Of a DNA stretch of 30,630 bases, positions 8,638-17,089 are shown in pieces (the first letter of the stretch is position 1; each line of letters opens with the position of its first letter). The notes below the pieces were generated by a model. The model searched no databases and was not told the origin of the DNA. It worked only from the letters and a program-made list of their open reading frames with translations. Source of the stretch: Archangium sp. (lineage in GTDB: Bacteria > Myxococcota > Myxococcia > Myxococcales > Myxococcaceae); the NCBI GenBank assembly GCA_031367385.1, contig JANLPS010000244.1:1-30630 (forward strand), in the 5' to 3' direction. Both the position numbers and the translations under genes were made by a program.

Positions 8638-8944
8638 GTCGTCAGCCAGAAAACAAGTCGGTTGGCTGCGCCCAGTGCGATCAGAGCGAACCAGGTCGCG
8701 TCAGTGCCGCTCGAGCTCGAGACGTTCGGCGGAGTGACCGAGCATCTCGTGTCGGAGCGGGTGCTCAGCGCGTTCGAAGGCTTCGGCTGGTCGGGTTTCC
8801 CAATGTCGTGAGCCTCAAGAGGGTCTCAGGTGACGAACCTGCCTTTGGGTCGAGCGACATGCTCAAGCTCCACCTCTCTGCGAAGCTGAAGGCGTTCCGC
8901 GACGCTCGAAGCGGCGTCGCTGCGACACCTGATGGCCGCTCTCG

Positions 8945-10312
8945 CTACTGCACCGTGACGACGGTGCCGGTCTTGAAGGCCGCGCTGCTCGAGTCCCACG
9001 ACTGGGTGCCGGTGTCAGCGTTGGCGAAGCGCACCGCGTACGCAGCGATGTCTTTGGTCATGGGCCAGCGGTCGGGCATCGAGACGAACACGTCGTAGCC
9101 GCCAGCCGCCGCCGTGGAGGGGATGTTCACGTTCAGGCTCACCGTGCTCGAGCTGGTGGCCTGCGAGGGCAACTGCCGGGCGTCGCCAGCGGTGCCGGTC
9201 AGCCGCTCACCCGTCGTTCGGTGCTTGAGCGTGACGACGAGCTTTCGGGCGCTGTAGATGCGCGCCCAGCCGACGTCGCGCAGGTCGATGGCCACTCTGA
9301 CGGTCTCGCCCTTCTTGGCGGTCGACGAGTGGCTCACCTGATCGAGCTGAAAGCGGTAGCCCATCAAGTTCTTCACATCGTCGTAGCAGCCATCTGAGAG
9401 CCAGCGATTCATGAACCCCTCGAAGTAGCCACGGTGCAGGGAGGTGAGGTGGTACCTCGGCCCTTCGTTCATGATGCCGCCGAGTTGCCCCGCGTTGTCA
9501 GTGCCGCCCGAGCACGCGAGCCGCATCACCCCGCCGCTGCTGGTGCCTCCGCTGTCACAGGTCTCGGCGCCGAAGGGCGTGAACTCGGTCATCGCCGCCG
9601 CGTAGGCGCGCTGCGTCGCGCCGGTGCCGGTGTAGGCAGGCGTGACGTCCGTGGTCGCTCCCGGAAAGGTCCAGATGTCGTTGTCGCTTGCCATGAAGCA
9701 ATCGTTGACGAAGCCCATGCGCGCTTGCGGAGCCCCGCTGAAGGCCATCGACGCGTCGAGTACTTTTGGAAACAGCGACTGCACGTAGGGGGGCGTGCGA
9801 TGGGTGATCATGATCTCCTCGGGAGTCATGTCGAGAATCGCGTTCACCACCCGGGTCTTGACCGATTCAGGCGTCGGGTCGCCGTGCCAGGTGGCCCATT
9901 CGCCCCAGCCGCCGATGGCGCCGAAGCGCATGAAGGCGATGACGTCGCGGTTCGCGGCGATGGTGGGCTTGAGTGCGGCCAGCTGCGCTTCGACCTGCTC
10001 GATGCTCGCCCCTTCGTCGCACCCGAACGATGAGCAATACACCTGCCCGAAGATGACCTTCAGACCGGCGGCGCGAAAGCAGGCCATGTCGGTATTCAGG
10101 TGCGTGGGCGTGATCGTGGCTGGGTTCACCTCGTAATAGACGAGCCGCACTTTCTGGTTGAGCACCACGCCGTCTCGCACCGCCGTCGTCACCGAGCTGC
10201 AGGCCTCGTTGGGCCCGATGCGAAAGTAGAAGCCGCGCTCCGGGTTCTCGAGCTCGGCGGTGGTCGCTTGAAATGTCGCGCTCGTGAGCGGGCCGTTGGC
10301 GAGCGGCCCCAT
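8945..10312 (-). CDS. DUF4874/DUF4832 domain protein (glycoside-hydrolase-like); 3' part of a gene interrupted by TGA at 10400-10402
   Basis: Motifs LENPERGFY, GAIGGWGEW, RMGFVNDCF, GAETC, MGYRF and DVGWA. In frame with the upstream piece across a single TGA. Confidence 0.8.
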   Translation of the reverse strand: MGPLANGPLTSATFQATTAELENPERGFYFRIGPNEACSSVTTAVRDGVVLNQKVRLVYYEVNPATITPTHLNTDMACFRAAGLKVIFGQVYCSSFGCDEGASIEQVEAQLAALKPTIAANRDVIAFMRFGAIGGWGEWATWHGDPTPESVKTRVVNAILDMTPEEIMITHRTPPYVQSLFPKVLDASMAFSGAPQARMGFVNDCFMASDNDIWTFPGATTDVTPAYTGTGATQRAYAAAMTEFTPFGAETCDSGGTSSGGVMRLACSGGTDNAGQLGGIMNEGPRYHLTSLHRGYFEGFMNRWLSDGCYDDVKNLMGYRFQLDQVSHSSTAKKGETVRVAIDLRDVGWARIYSARKLVVTLKHRTTGERLTGTAGDARQLPSQATSSSTVSLNVNIPSTAAAGGYDVFVSMPDRWPMTKDIAAYAVRFANADTGTQSWDSSSAAFKTGTVVTVQ

Positions 10313-10399
10313 CGCCGGAGTGTCTGCCGAAGCGCTTGGCAGCCCCGCGTCTGACAGCGAAAGGCCTGCGTCACTCGCAGCAGCGGCGCCTTCGACCCA

Positions 10400-10789
10400 T
10401 CAGTGTTTGCCATGGCCAAAGGCCGTGTCTCCAAAGGTCGCGTTGTCGCAGGGGGTGCCATTCGAAACGGTCTTGATGGCGCAGGCCTCAGTCAGCGAAA
10501 GGCCGTAGAGCACCCGTCGCGTGCCGGTGAACGAGCATTGGCCATGTTCTTCAGCACAGAGCACCCAGCCTTGCGTGCTCGCCGAGTCACAAACCGAGTT
10601 GGACTCGCCGGCGTCGGCCACGCTCGCGTCGAAGCGCGGGAGCTCGATCGAACCAGCATCGCGGGCCACCGGGGCGGGCCCACCGTCGAGGCGCGCCTTC
10701 ACGCCGGCGTCTTCAAGCTCGATCACACCGCCTCCACAACCGACGAGGAGCCAGACGAGCGCGAGCCAGCGACGTATGAAGTGGAGCAT
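10400..10789 (-). CDS. Lipoprotein N-terminal piece with small Cys-rich domain; 5' part of the DUF4832 gene
   Basis: MLHFIRRWLALVWLLVGC lipobox, DAG-rich linker and CAEE..QCSF.G.R.V.YG...C.N..FGD...G..K domain ending at TGA. Confidence 0.7.
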   Translation of the reverse strand: MLHFIRRWLALVWLLVGCGGGVIELEDAGVKARLDGGPAPVARDAGSIELPRFDASVADAGESNSVCDSASTQGWVLCAEEHGQCSFTGTRRVLYGLSLTEACAIKTVSNGTPCDNATFGDTAFGHGKH

Positions 10790-10801
10790 GCCCAGCGGGT
10801 T

Positions 10802-10817
10802 TGCAACCGCGGCGCCG
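10802..10817 (-). promoter_or_regulatory. Sigma54 -24/-12 promoter
   Basis: Minus-strand CGGCGCCGCGGTTGCA (GG-N10-GC, TTGCA) ends 12 nt before ATG 10789. Confidence 0.6.
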
Positions 10818-10868
10818 CGTGAGAGTGCCCGCCAAATGAGCGCAACCATGACGGTCTGCCCGAACGAA

Positions 10869-10886
10869 CGTCAGGTCGACCAGACG
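10869..10886. promoter_or_regulatory. Candidate enhancer palindrome (third copy)
   Basis: CGTCAGG-TCGA-CCAGACG has one mismatch in the arms relative to the 5467-5484 site and lies upstream of the minus-strand sigma54 promoter. Confidence 0.55.
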
Positions 10887-10934
10887 CCTAGGAGCGAGTG
10901 TGGGCGGTTGCGGAGGTGCGGCGCGCCTCGACGA

Positions 10935-11573
10935 TTACAGAAACAGATGGCACACCACCCGCGTGACCTTGGGTACCAGCGAGGCCGCGCAGGCGAGGTC
11001 GTACCCGGCGTCACCGAGAACGGCGTGTCGAAGCACCTGACATTCGAATTGCGACGGCTGGCCGCTGCACCCCGCATCGAACCCGGGGAAGGCTTCTTCG
11101 AGGCGCGAAGGGTCAGCCGTCATAATCGTCAGATCATCGCAATACATCGAGGGCCCGAAAATGCCGCCCCCAACCACCGTGAGCTTCGCCGTATCGCACC
11201 CACACCTCACGCACGACGCGAGCGATGGGTACAGGCCCGCCGTGGTGATCGGTCGCATCACGCAGGCACCTTCACACTCGGTCGGGGTGGCCACGTACCC
11301 CGTCACTTGGGCACAGTTGCCGACGCCACCGTCGCCACTCCACAAGGCACAGACTGGCTCGCCCTGCCCGGCGTCGAGGGGGTGACCGGCGTCTGAGCCT
11401 CCGGTGTTCTCGTGCGGGCCACCGTCGGTGAACGCGACGCCGCTATCAATGAACACACACGACACGTCTTGGCAGTCTTCTGTCGGCCGAAAGCAATTGC
11501 AGCCCGTCAGGGTGAGCGCCAGGCACAGCAAGACGCCTACGACGCGAGGAGATTCGCAGGGCGTTGATTTCAT
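10935..11573 (-). CDS. Cys-rich hypothetical lipoprotein
   Basis: Lipobox LTLTGC, DGG/DAG linker and many Cys. TGcTAGGGT lies 7 nt before ATG 11573. Confidence 0.75.
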   Translation of the reverse strand: MKSTPCESPRVVGVLLCLALTLTGCNCFRPTEDCQDVSCVFIDSGVAFTDGGPHENTGGSDAGHPLDAGQGEPVCALWSGDGGVGNCAQVTGYVATPTECEGACVMRPITTAGLYPSLASCVRCGCDTAKLTVVGGGIFGPSMYCDDLTIMTADPSRLEEAFPGFDAGCSGQPSQFECQVLRHAVLGDAGYDLACAASLVPKVTRVVCHLFL

Positions 11574-11598
11574 CGGCCGCACCCTAGCAGCCGCGGGC

Positions 11599-13110
11599 TC
11601 AACCGACGCTGCCAGCTCTGCGCAAGAGCGCATCGAAGGGGGCCGGCAGCTCGCTCACCGCTTCTGCGCCCAGCCCGGTCATTTCGAACTCCAGCCGCTC
11701 GAACGTGGCCGGCAGCGCGCTCACGAACTGCTTCTGCGGCCCTGCCGGAGCGCTCGATGCGACTCGCAGTGAAAGCACGCCGCTCGTCACCGACCCGCGC
11801 AGGCTCGCCTCACGGCACGCAAAAGCGAGCGTCGCCTTCGAGCTCAACGCCGCGCCCACCACCGCACCGCAGGTCTTCGCGCTCGAAAACCCCAAGTCGA
11901 GCAAGCCTCGAAACGCAGTCACGAATTCGACTGCGAGCGTCTGGGCCGCCTCGCCGAGCCCGTCGAGCACCAGCCGCTCCAGCGACGGCACCTTGCCCGA
12001 GCGCAGCTCACGCATCACCGCCGCCGCGGAGGCGTCGTCACCCGATGACAGCTTGAGCACTCGCCACGGCAGCGGCTTCTCATGCCGCCTCAGCGCTTCA
12101 CCCAACAGCCTGGCCTGCACCTCGACCTCACGCACGCCGCCAAGCTCGTCGCGGGTCAGAAAATGCGCCTCAGAACAACTCACGATGACCGAGCGCAGCG
12201 TGCCCATCGACCGGTCGACGAGGGGCGAATCGATGAACATCGCCGACGACGGAAAACCACGCTCGAACTCAACCGCTTCGACCGCGACGAAGTCTCGCCA
12301 CGGTGCCAGCCACCCGCCCCGCAGACGACCGAGCAGCTTGCGCGCTGCCGACGCTTTCTTCGGGTCGAACACGAGCGACAAGTACTCCCCGCGCACATCG
12401 TCGGCTTCGATCAACGCATCGGCCAGAACCTGCCGTGGCGCATCGTGATCAGGGTGTGCGTACACCGCGGCGAAGAGAGACTCGAGCGAGCGCCGCTCGG
12501 GCGCAGTGCGAGCCCCGTTCTGGGCGATCAACACCGCCACCCGCGACACCTCTTCGGCCGAGCACGGCTTTTCGGCCCGGTCTTGCGCGCTGGCGATCAA
12601 GGGCTCGAAGGCCTTTCGCAACGAGCGCTGATTCGTCGCGTGCACCCGCAGTGTGCTTCGGGCGTTCGCGTGCCCCGAGCTGATCAACAGTGCGGCGAGC
12701 TGCAGAGCCACGGGCGCCTCCCGGGCCAGGCCGCTGTCGAGCTGAGCATCGGCCAGTCGTGCCAACCGCGGGTCGGGAGGAAAAGCGCAGAGCGCGGTCA
12801 GCTTCTCGAGCGACTGGGCGCGCCGGGCACCGCGGTAGAGCGAGATGGGCTCGACCAGAAAGGCTTCGAGCAACCAGCTCAGCTGCGAGGGCTCTTTGCG
12901 CGCCGCCACGGTCAACCAAGCCTGATGCGCCTTGAGCTCTCGGGTTCGAGCGATCGGGTCGATGGGGTCGCGCGCGAGCCTCGCCAGGTCGACCACCACC
13001 GGTTCGAGCTCGGGCGCCGGAGCGATCGCCCATTCACGCAGCGCCGCCGCCAGCGCTCCCGACGCATCGAAGCGCTCCAACCGCTCAATCACCTCAGCCA
13101 AGCGGGTCAT
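11599..13110 (-). CDS. TIGR02996 domain-containing protein
   Basis: LFAAVYAHPDHDAPRQVLADALIEADDVRGEYLSL followed by FERGFP and an LRR-like tail. Confidence 0.85.
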   Translation of the reverse strand: MTRLAEVIERLERFDASGALAAALREWAIAPAPELEPVVVDLARLARDPIDPIARTRELKAHQAWLTVAARKEPSQLSWLLEAFLVEPISLYRGARRAQSLEKLTALCAFPPDPRLARLADAQLDSGLAREAPVALQLAALLISSGHANARSTLRVHATNQRSLRKAFEPLIASAQDRAEKPCSAEEVSRVAVLIAQNGARTAPERRSLESLFAAVYAHPDHDAPRQVLADALIEADDVRGEYLSLVFDPKKASAARKLLGRLRGGWLAPWRDFVAVEAVEFERGFPSSAMFIDSPLVDRSMGTLRSVIVSCSEAHFLTRDELGGVREVEVQARLLGEALRRHEKPLPWRVLKLSSGDDASAAAVMRELRSGKVPSLERLVLDGLGEAAQTLAVEFVTAFRGLLDLGFSSAKTCGAVVGAALSSKATLAFACREASLRGSVTSGVLSLRVASSAPAGPQKQFVSALPATFERLEFEMTGLGAEAVSELPAPFDALLRRAGSVG

Positions 13111-13223
13111 CGACGCGGTGGTAGCACGCGCCAGTGAAGGTTCGGGGCCGATCGACCCAAGTGACATAACGGTTTGACCACCCGCCCCTGTCCCACTCCG
13201 CACTTCACTCCAGGAGACTTTCC

Positions 13224-13982
13224 TTGAACCGTACCAAGCCGCCACCCCACGACCCCAGCCGCCGCAACGCCCTCAAAGCCGCCGGCGCGTTGGTGTTCCT
13301 CTCCTGTGGTGCGACCGGCACCGACACCACGGGTGGCACCTCCGCCGATGGCGGTACGATTCTCGCGGCCGCCGACGGAGGCATCGTCACCCTGGCGGTC
13401 GGCTCAGGCGCGTTCTTGGCCGACAAGACCTACGCCAACCCGTTCGCCTCGGGTGTCGGCTCGAGCTGCGTCGCCTCCAAGACCGCGACCGCCGGCCCGT
13501 GTCATTCGAACACCTACAATCGCAAAGACGTCTCCGATGGGCTCATCGGGTTGCCGACGCGGCTCGAGCTGTTGGTGGTCGACACGGCGTGCACGCCGGT
13601 CAGCAATGCCATCGTCGAGATCTGGTACGCGTCACCGGCGGGCACCTACTCTGCGGCGCAGACGGCCGAGGCAGGCGGCAGCCCAAGGGGCTCGTACGCC
13701 GACTTGAACGTGGGTTTTTGCACCGGCAACGCGGCCGCGGCGCTCTCGTCGAATTGGCTGCGCGGCTACCAGACGAGCGGAGCCGACGGGCGAGTCACCT
13801 TCGACGGCATCTACCCGGGCTGGTACGCATCGCGCACCACGCACATTCACTTCAAGGTCACCGTCGGCACGAGCGACAAAGTCGTCTCTGAATCAGGCCT
13901 GACCCTGAGCAACGTGGTGCTCTCGTACGACGTGCAAAGCGACGGAGCCGTGGTGCTCTCGAAGGCCATCACCCTCGCCTGA
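13224..13982 (+). CDS. Tat-exported lipoprotein, intradiol ring-cleavage dioxygenase family
   Basis: SD AGGAG + TTG start, SRRNALK twin-Arg motif, FLSC lipobox, VEIW...G.YS, LRGYQ, F.GIYPGWY..R..HIH. Confidence 0.85.
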   Translation: MNRTKPPPHDPSRRNALKAAGALVFLSCGATGTDTTGGTSADGGTILAAADGGIVTLAVGSGAFLADKTYANPFASGVGSSCVASKTATAGPCHSNTYNRKDVSDGLIGLPTRLELLVVDTACTPVSNAIVEIWYASPAGTYSAAQTAEAGGSPRGSYADLNVGFCTGNAAAALSSNWLRGYQTSGADGRVTFDGIYPGWYASRTTHIHFKVTVGTSDKVVSESGLTLSNVVLSYDVQSDGAVVLSKAITLA

Positions 13983-14034
13983 CGGTGGTGATTCATTGAC
14001 CGCGAGCGCATATCTGCGCACGCTCCAGGGCACA

Positions 14035-14622
14035 GTGAACCGCTCCCTGCTCTCGATGCTCTGCCTGGCCCTGACCGCCTGCCCCGACGAGCCGAAACCG
14101 CCGCCTCCGGCCCCCCCACCAGCCCAGGTCAGCGCCCCCAAACCGGCGCCGGTCGAGGGAGCGAAGGTGATGCTCGGCCCGCTCCCGCTCGAGCTGCCCG
14201 GCGGCTTCGCCATCGTTCAGCAAACCCCGAACACGCTGCTGCTTCGGCACATCAGCGACCTGACCGCGACGGTTGGCATCTCAGGCAAGAGCGACGCGGC
14301 CAAAGATGAGAAGACCATCACTGATTTTCTCGCCGGGGCCGAGGCCCAGCTCAGCAAGCTGACCGACGCCAAGGTCACACCGGTCACGCGCACCCTGCCG
14401 AACAGCCCACGCGTTCTTCGCGGAGTCGTCGCCCACACGGTCGATCGCCGCGGCACGCCGGTGAACGAGCGCAGAGAGATGTGGGTCTTCAGCGACGGGC
14501 CGCTGATCGTCACGGTGTCGTTCATTTACATCGAAGACGCTCCGTCGGCGGCGCGCGCGGTCGACGCGGTTCTGAGCATGGTGCGCGATGCGATTGACGC
14601 GGTGAGCGGGCCGGCACCGTGA
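14035..14622 (+). CDS. Hypothetical lipoprotein with Pro-rich linker
   Basis: LALTAC lipobox and PKPPPPAPPP. The stop overlaps the kdsC start (GTGA). Confidence 0.75.
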   Translation: MNRSLLSMLCLALTACPDEPKPPPPAPPPAQVSAPKPAPVEGAKVMLGPLPLELPGGFAIVQQTPNTLLLRHISDLTATVGISGKSDAAKDEKTITDFLAGAEAQLSKLTDAKVTPVTRTLPNSPRVLRGVVAHTVDRRGTPVNERREMWVFSDGPLIVTVSFIYIEDAPSAARAVDAVLSMVRDAIDAVSGPAP

Positions 14623-15140
14623 CGTCGGTCACCGAGCGCGCGGCCAAGGTCAAGCTGGTCGTCTTCGACGTCGACGGCGTGCTCACCGACGGGGCCCTCT
14701 GGTACGGCCCTGCCGGCGAGGCGCTCAAGCGCTTCGATGTCAAAGACGGTCACGCGATGGTGTTGGCGCGCTTGACCCAATTGCCTGTCGCACTTCTCAC
14801 CGCCCGCACCTCGCCCATCGTCGAGCTCCGAGCGGCCGAGCTCAAGTTGGCGAAGGTCGCGCAGGGCCAACGCGAAAAAGGCGCCGGGCTGGTGACGTTG
14901 TGCAGCGAGTTGGGCGTTTCTCCGAGCGATTGCGCGTACATGGGAGACGACGTGAATGATCTCCCTGCGCTGCGGCAGGTGGCGCTCTCGGCGTGCCCAG
15001 CCGACGCAGTGGCCGAAGTGCGCAGCGAAGTGCACTTCATTTCGAGGAAGACCGGTGGCCATGGCGCGGCGCGAGAGCTGCTCGAGCTCGTGCTCAAAGC
15101 GACTGGCCGGTGGGCTCAGGCCCTCGAGCACATGCGATAG
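14619..15140 (+). CDS. kdsC: 3-deoxy-D-manno-octulosonate 8-phosphate phosphatase (HAD family)
   Basis: FDVDGVLTDG, KRFDVKDG, YMGDDVND, GGHGAAREL. Confidence 0.93.
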   Translation: MTSVTERAAKVKLVVFDVDGVLTDGALWYGPAGEALKRFDVKDGHAMVLARLTQLPVALLTARTSPIVELRAAELKLAKVAQGQREKGAGLVTLCSELGVSPSDCAYMGDDVNDLPALRQVALSACPADAVAEVRSEVHFISRKTGGHGAARELLELVLKATGRWAQALEHMR

Positions 15141-15175
15141 CGTCTCGATTCGCTTTGGTGCTACGCGGCCGCGCC

Positions 15176-16495
15176 ATGCGTGCCTTTTCTCTCGTGTTCT
15201 GTCTGGCCGTGCTGACCGTGTCGTGCGGGCCTGCCGGTGAGGCACTCAAAAAATGCAGTGTCATCAACTGCGCTGGCTGCTGCGCAAGCGATGGCCGTTG
15301 CATGACCGGCCGCGATGACACCGTGTGCGGCGGCAACGGGTCGGCGTGCTCGAACTGCACCGCGTCGAGCCAGGTCTGCGAATCGGCGCACTCGGTCTGC
15401 GTTGCTCCCGGCAGCGTGACCGGCACCGACGGCGGCGGCGTGCCCGGCACCGGCGGCGATGGCGGCGGCTCCAGCAGTGGCACCGACGGAGGCTCCACCA
15501 GCGGCACCGACGGAGGCTCCACCAGCTCGATGACCGACGCGGGTGGCGACAACGCAATACCCGACGGGGGTACCCATGCGCGCGTCGACGCGGGCTCAGG
15601 CGCCGACGCCGGCCCTCCGTTCACCTGCACTGGTTGCCTGCTCACGCCCGACCTCTGCTTGGACACGCCCACCTCGACGAACTGCGGCATCAATGGGTCG
15701 GCCTGTCACCCGTGCGGCACCACAGAGACCTGCGAGGCTGGCGTGTGCACGCCGCCCAAAGTGGTCGGGCTCGGCGCTGCGTGCAGCATCGACACCGACT
15801 GTGCCGGAGTGAAGATCGAGAGCGGCTACACGGCGTACTGCAAGCACACCACCAGCACCGGCAACACGAGCTACCCCGGCGGCTACTGCACCCGTCGATG
15901 TCTCTCGAGCTCACAGTGCCCCAACGCCGCCAAGGGCTTCGCGAGCGTCTGCAGCTTTTCGCTGGGGCCGCTCGGTGAGACCGACAACCTCTGCGTGCTG
16001 GGCTGCAGCACCCAGACCGATTGCCGCACAGGGTATGCGTGCATGAACTTCGGCACCGCCGCCAACCCGAGGGGCGGCTGCTGGCTGTACCCCAACGGCA
16101 ATTTCCCCGCCGCCGTCGACGCCGGCGCGCCAAACCCCGGCCCTGCGGGAGGTGCCTGCACGCAGCACTCGCAGTGTGGCCCGTCGACTGATCAGTACTG
16201 CTACAGCGCCTACCCTGGCGGCATGTGCACCGGCGACTGCTCGAAGTCGCTCGAAGACAGCTGGTGCGGCACCGGCGGCTCGTGCCTGCCCTACACCCTG
16301 AGCTCAGACAGCAAAGGCCCCCGCATCGGGTGGAACTGCACGCAGGGCTGTAACCCCAACGGGGCCAACACCTGCCGCTCTGGCTACGCCTGCTACCCGT
16401 ACTCCGGCGCCTACGGCAGCTGCTTTCCCGATTGCCGAACCTCGCCCAACACCTGCCCGGGCACCTGCAACTCGACCACCGGCGTCTGCGGGTAA
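15176..16495 (+). CDS. Highly Cys-rich secreted lipoprotein
   Basis: MRAFSLVFCLAVLTVSC lipobox, repeated C.GCC / CG.NG.AC..C and G.AC....C / YPGG.CT modules, GTDGG linker. Confidence 0.85.
   Translation: MRAFSLVFCLAVLTVSCGPAGEALKKCSVINCAGCCASDGRCMTGRDDTVCGGNGSACSNCTASSQVCESAHSVCVAPGSVTGTDGGGVPGTGGDGGGSSSGTDGGSTSGTDGGSTSSMTDAGGDNAIPDGGTHARVDAGSGADAGPPFTCTGCLLTPDLCLDTPTSTNCGINGSACHPCGTTETCEAGVCTPPKVVGLGAACSIDTDCAGVKIESGYTAYCKHTTSTGNTSYPGGYCTRRCLSSSQCPNAAKGFASVCSFSLGPLGETDNLCVLGCSTQTDCRTGYACMNFGTAANPRGGCWLYPNGNFPAAVDAGAPNPGPAGGACTQHSQCGPSTDQYCYSAYPGGMCTGDCSKSLEDSWCGTGGSCLPYTLSSDSKGPRIGWNCTQGCNPNGANTCRSGYACYPYSGAYGSCFPDCRTSPNTCPGTCNSTTGVCG
15479..15526 (+). repeat. Perfect 24-bp tandem duplication (GTDGGSTS x2) in coding linker
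   Basis: GGCACCGACGGAGGCTCCACCAGC occurs twice in tandem. Confidence 0.9.
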
Positions 16496-16527
16496 GCGCA
16501 CGGCCTTCTCGTTCGAAAAACTTCGGC

Positions 16528-16551
16528 GAACAAATTCAGGCCATCGGTGTT
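16528..16551 (+). promoter_or_regulatory. Putative ECF sigma (autoregulatory) promoter
   Basis: GAAC-N17-GTT ends 13 nt before the ECF ATG, with an A-tract upstream. Confidence 0.45.
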
Positions 16552-16564
16552 TTCCTGAGCCGCA

Positions 16565-17089
16565 ATGGACACCGACGAAGCGCTCTGTGCGCTCGCTCAA
16601 CAGGGAGACACGAGTGCTTTCGACCGGTTGTATGCCCGGTACGAGCACCGGCTCTTCGGGTTCACGCTGCGGTTGCTGGGCGATGCGGCCGAGGCTGAAG
16701 AGGTCTTTCACGACACATTTCTGAAAGTCCTCGAGGCTCCCGCCCGCTTCGACGGAGCGCCTCGCTTCTCGGCCTGGCTCTTTCGCGTCGCCCGAAACCT
16801 CTGCGCCAACAAGCATCGGGGCCGCGCGCGCGGTGACGGTGCGCTGTTGCGGCTCCAAGCGACCGAAGACCTGGTGCCCACGCCCGAAGACCGCGCACAA
16901 GAACACGAGCGCGCCACCGCCTTGAACTGCGCGGTGAGAACCCTGCCCCAGACCCTGAGCGAGGTGTTTCACCTTCGCACCTCGGGGCTCTCGTACGAAG
17001 AAATCGCCGGCGTGCTCGAGGTGCCGGTGGGCACCGTGAAGTCGCGAATGCATTCGCTGGTGAGCCAACTCAAAGGAGCGATGCCATGA
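16565..17089 (+). CDS. ECF RNA polymerase sigma-70 factor
   Basis: Region 2 (AFDRLYARY, AEEVFHDTFLK, FSAWLFRVARN) and region 4 (GLSYEEIAGVLEVPVGTVKSRM). Confidence 0.95.
   Translation: MDTDEALCALAQQGDTSAFDRLYARYEHRLFGFTLRLLGDAAEAEEVFHDTFLKVLEAPARFDGAPRFSAWLFRVARNLCANKHRGRARGDGALLRLQATEDLVPTPEDRAQEHERATALNCAVRTLPQTLSEVFHLRTSGLSYEEIAGVLEVPVGTVKSRMHSLVSQLKGAMP

Noticed and set aside
13967..13984. Weak fourth match to the UAS palindrome (CATCACC-CTCG-CCTGACG)
   Set aside because: Three mismatches in one arm, overlaps a coding end, and no sigma54 promoter nearby.
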